A DNA stretch of 64,000 nt from Ginglymostoma cirratum (taxonomy: Eukaryota), in NCBI GenBank assembly GCA_024137785.1, contig JAHRHZ010000035.1:24389601-24453600 (forward strand), in the 5' to 3' direction. Each line of letters opens with the position of its first letter. Position 1 is the first letter of the stretch. Position numbers and translations under genes: made by a program. Below are positions 61,300 to 64,000 of the stretch, one piece after another. Under the pieces are notes generated by a model that had not been told where the DNA came from, did no database searches, and worked only from the letters and a program-made list of their open reading frames with translations.

Positions 61300-61947
61300 C
61301 TGAAAAACACAGAAGAAAAATGAACCTTGTCAGACAGTGCCGCAGGAAGATTCACAGTTTCCAGAAAAAGACTTCACCTCAAGCACCACAGCACTATACC
61401 AAAGACGTTAGATCACTCCCATAGTAGATTATCTCTCTAGAGATAAGATGAAAGCCTACTGTCTCAAGTGGAGAATCGTGTCTGGCCTATTAGGATGTAA
61501 CAAGATGCAGTTTGGGCCTAGTGAGCTTCTATCAATCACTTCATGAAGTAACCCCCTAATTATCATTTAATTGCAGCCTTCAGCTTGAGCTGCCTATCTT
61601 CACACTTAAGATTAGTTTGCCTCAAAATAAGCAGTGTGAAGGGCATTAGGTACAGAAATCCCTGGGCAACCAAATTAATGGCTTTGTGTTTTTTTCTTGC
61701 TGTTGGGTGAATTTACTGTTCACTATGAAGACGGATTGACTAAGGGAAAAGCACAGATAATAGAGATTCTGGGGTTGTGGCTGATGACACATCCATGACA
61801 AAAATTATGGGATAAAAGAGAACAGTGCACACTACTGTTAGGGTTCAAAATTGTGAAAAAAATTGAAATATATTCATATAAAGTATAAAACATGTTAAAT
61901 TCAAATTAAGTGTGGTTAGTTAGAATTTGATAAGATATGCACACACT

Positions 61948-63734
61948 TATGTATGCACACGTACAAGTGGAGTTTCTGAGTCTAAATTTTTAGTCAAACA
62001 GATTGACTTTTATACAGGTAACATTTTGGATGGACTGAAATCACCCCTCACCTGTCCCCTCGCTGTCACAGCTGCCACATTGGAAGCTGTCCCATCAACT
62101 CCACCCCCAAAAACAGCAGAAAAGAAGCCAAAAGTATTATTATTATATGTTTATTTCAAAGTAAATAATAACCTTCGTGGAGACAGGCATAAACTTAATG
62201 AATTTAGTGTGCACTATTAATCAAGTTCATCATAAGCAAAAGCCATATATTAATATTTGTACAATTTCACTAAGTTTTTTTAACAATGCAAAATAGAATA
62301 CTACCTTGCAGCAGCATATACATTGAACTCATGCTAAAATCCATAAATTTACCCTCTATCTCTTCAAAAGAACCAAATAACTCATCCCAAACTGCTTTTT
62401 GAATGGTATCATCAGAGATCACTTGCGTTGGCAATCACATTGTCAACAGCCGCATAACTCTGCAAATAATCACATACTGTGCCGTCAAGGGCATTGGATA
62501 TCCCACGTTTCATAAAGGACTGGATGACAATCCCCATTCTGATTTCATCTCTGACTTCTACAACTCCATTCTCACAGGATTGCTTGCATCTGAGGTCATA
62601 TGCTGCCACCCCTTCATGAATCTCTTGTCTCCTCCAATCACCCAGTCATTCCACTTTTTACCCTTGAGGGGCTGGTTTGAAGAGGCTTATCTGAACATGT
62701 CCCAAATGAGAAGAACTTTTTCTTTTAGTAATCCTCCTGTTCGGAAACTCCAAACTTGCCCCAGCCATATTTTTAAGTTACTTTCATCTATCCATTCATT
62801 GCTTCTGGAAACATAGGGATTTTGTCCTCAATATCATCATTGGTTTAGGTTTATCCCATTAGACATGGACAACTGTGAATCCACTCTTTTCATGGCCAGT
62901 TGTCTTCACTAATATTATTTTCTGTCCAACTTTGGTCATCATTTGACTGGCTGGTATTTCAAAATTCATGGGAGTGTCATCCATGTTTACAAGCAGGCCA
63001 AGATGTATCCATTTTTGTGATGTTTGATTATAAGTCACTGAAACGCTATCTAGTTGCGTTGGGAGACACTGAAATTTTGGTCTTCTTTTGCAGGACAAAA
63101 TTGTTTCTTGTCATAAGCCTGGCAGGCCACCAGAACTGGCTTTGAAATCTGCAATGCCTCATTTTCTTTCTTGTTTCTAAATGAAGATTTTGGATAGATT
63201 TTTAAGGAACTGAGGTCCATTCTGGTGATTTTTATTGACATACTTTTCAACTTCATATTCCAACTTAAAGCCACATGCTAAGCTTTCCTCTGTGCATTTA
63301 TTATTAGGCATCTGCCCAAGTTGTGTAGAGAGCTTCTCCCAATTTCTGACATTCTTTTCTAATACATTAAATTCTCTAGCTGCTGCACACTTATTTGTCT
63401 GCCCAGAAATCTCATTGATTTTAAGTTTGAGCTGGGCTTTGTATCTGAAGTAGAGGGTGAGATTGACAGGAGTATAGTGTGTAGGATGTTGATGTGCGTA
63501 GACATGAGGAGCTGAATAGCTGCCTACAATTGTATGCTACTCTATGATCTATCATGTAGGTTTGTACCAGGGCGAGTTTGACTTCAGTAGGAAACATTAA
63601 AAGAATACTGATGTTTTAGCAAAAGTCAGGGCTCATCTATACATGAGATATGTGTAAAATGAATTATCTTTTGGCCAAATGTCAAGGTTCAACTTTTTTA
63701 CGAGAGGTTGACCATTTCTCATGCATATACTGTA
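61948..63734 (-). mobile_element. pogo-superfamily DNA transposon (POGK/Passer-like: Brinker-type DBD + DDE_1), decayed
   Basis: Minus strand: RYKAQLKLKINE...NKCAAAREFNVLEKNVRNWEK (BrkDBD-like), NMDDTPMNF...VKTTGHEKSGFTVV, WIDE...VW...LLIWDMFR* and SFMKRGISNALDG. The right end ...tatactgta is TIR-like with TA. Confidence 0.85.
63455..63556 (+). mobile_element. CR1 3' tail inserted in the pogo element
   Basis: gtagacatgaggagctgaatagctgcct...ctctatgatctat. Confidence 0.5.
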
Positions 63735-64000
63735 TCTTGAATACACATGAATCCACTAAATGTAAACAACCTTGTGTTCTAAAGATTTCCTTAAAGAGCC
63801 TCACACAAAGTTATTTGTTGATAAGTTCTGATGTGTTTGCGCATCGTACATAAACTTCTAAAGAGGTTTCGCTCAGCACAGACTTACAAACGATGGTGTT
63901 GCACTAATATAATAGTGTAATTTAATTGTTAAAATATATGGTATTATAAATAGAAAATGCTTTCTGTTGTTACAACACAGAATAAAATGCAGATGAAAAA

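Noticed and set aside
62403-62816. 137-aa + strand ORF
   Set aside because: Antisense to the pogo transposase remnant.

Overview
This is AT-rich, CpG-depleted vertebrate genomic DNA, not prokaryotic. The repeats recognised from memory (HE1-type V-SINE, SacSINE1-type DeuSINE, shark-type CR1 and L2 LINEs, palindromic Penelope remnants) point to an elasmobranch, probably a shark. No intact multi-exon gene can be assembled. The window looks like a very large intron or gene desert in which decayed transposons alternate with repeat-poor blocks that resemble conserved non-coding elements. All recognisable protein-coding sequence belongs to dead elements: an APE-RT LINE (30.2-32.7 kb), CR1 and L2 fragments, two PIF/Harbinger-like elements and a pogo-type transposase. 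The most notable signals are four. (i) Five Penelope-derived remnants carry minimal hammerhead-ribozyme cores, including a ~185-bp palindrome with two back-to-back hammerheads. (ii) A tRNA-derived SINE shares its 3' tail with the LINE in the same window. (iii) A CpG-rich 146-bp insert of unknown origin splits one SINE copy. (iv) Several unassigned candidate exons or alternative first exons occur (27.0 kb, 59.9 kb, 61.2 kb, 17.1 kb). Repeat boundaries are approximate and were read by eye. No database search was run, so family names are pattern recognition only. I found no evidence for a wholly new multi-gene system.
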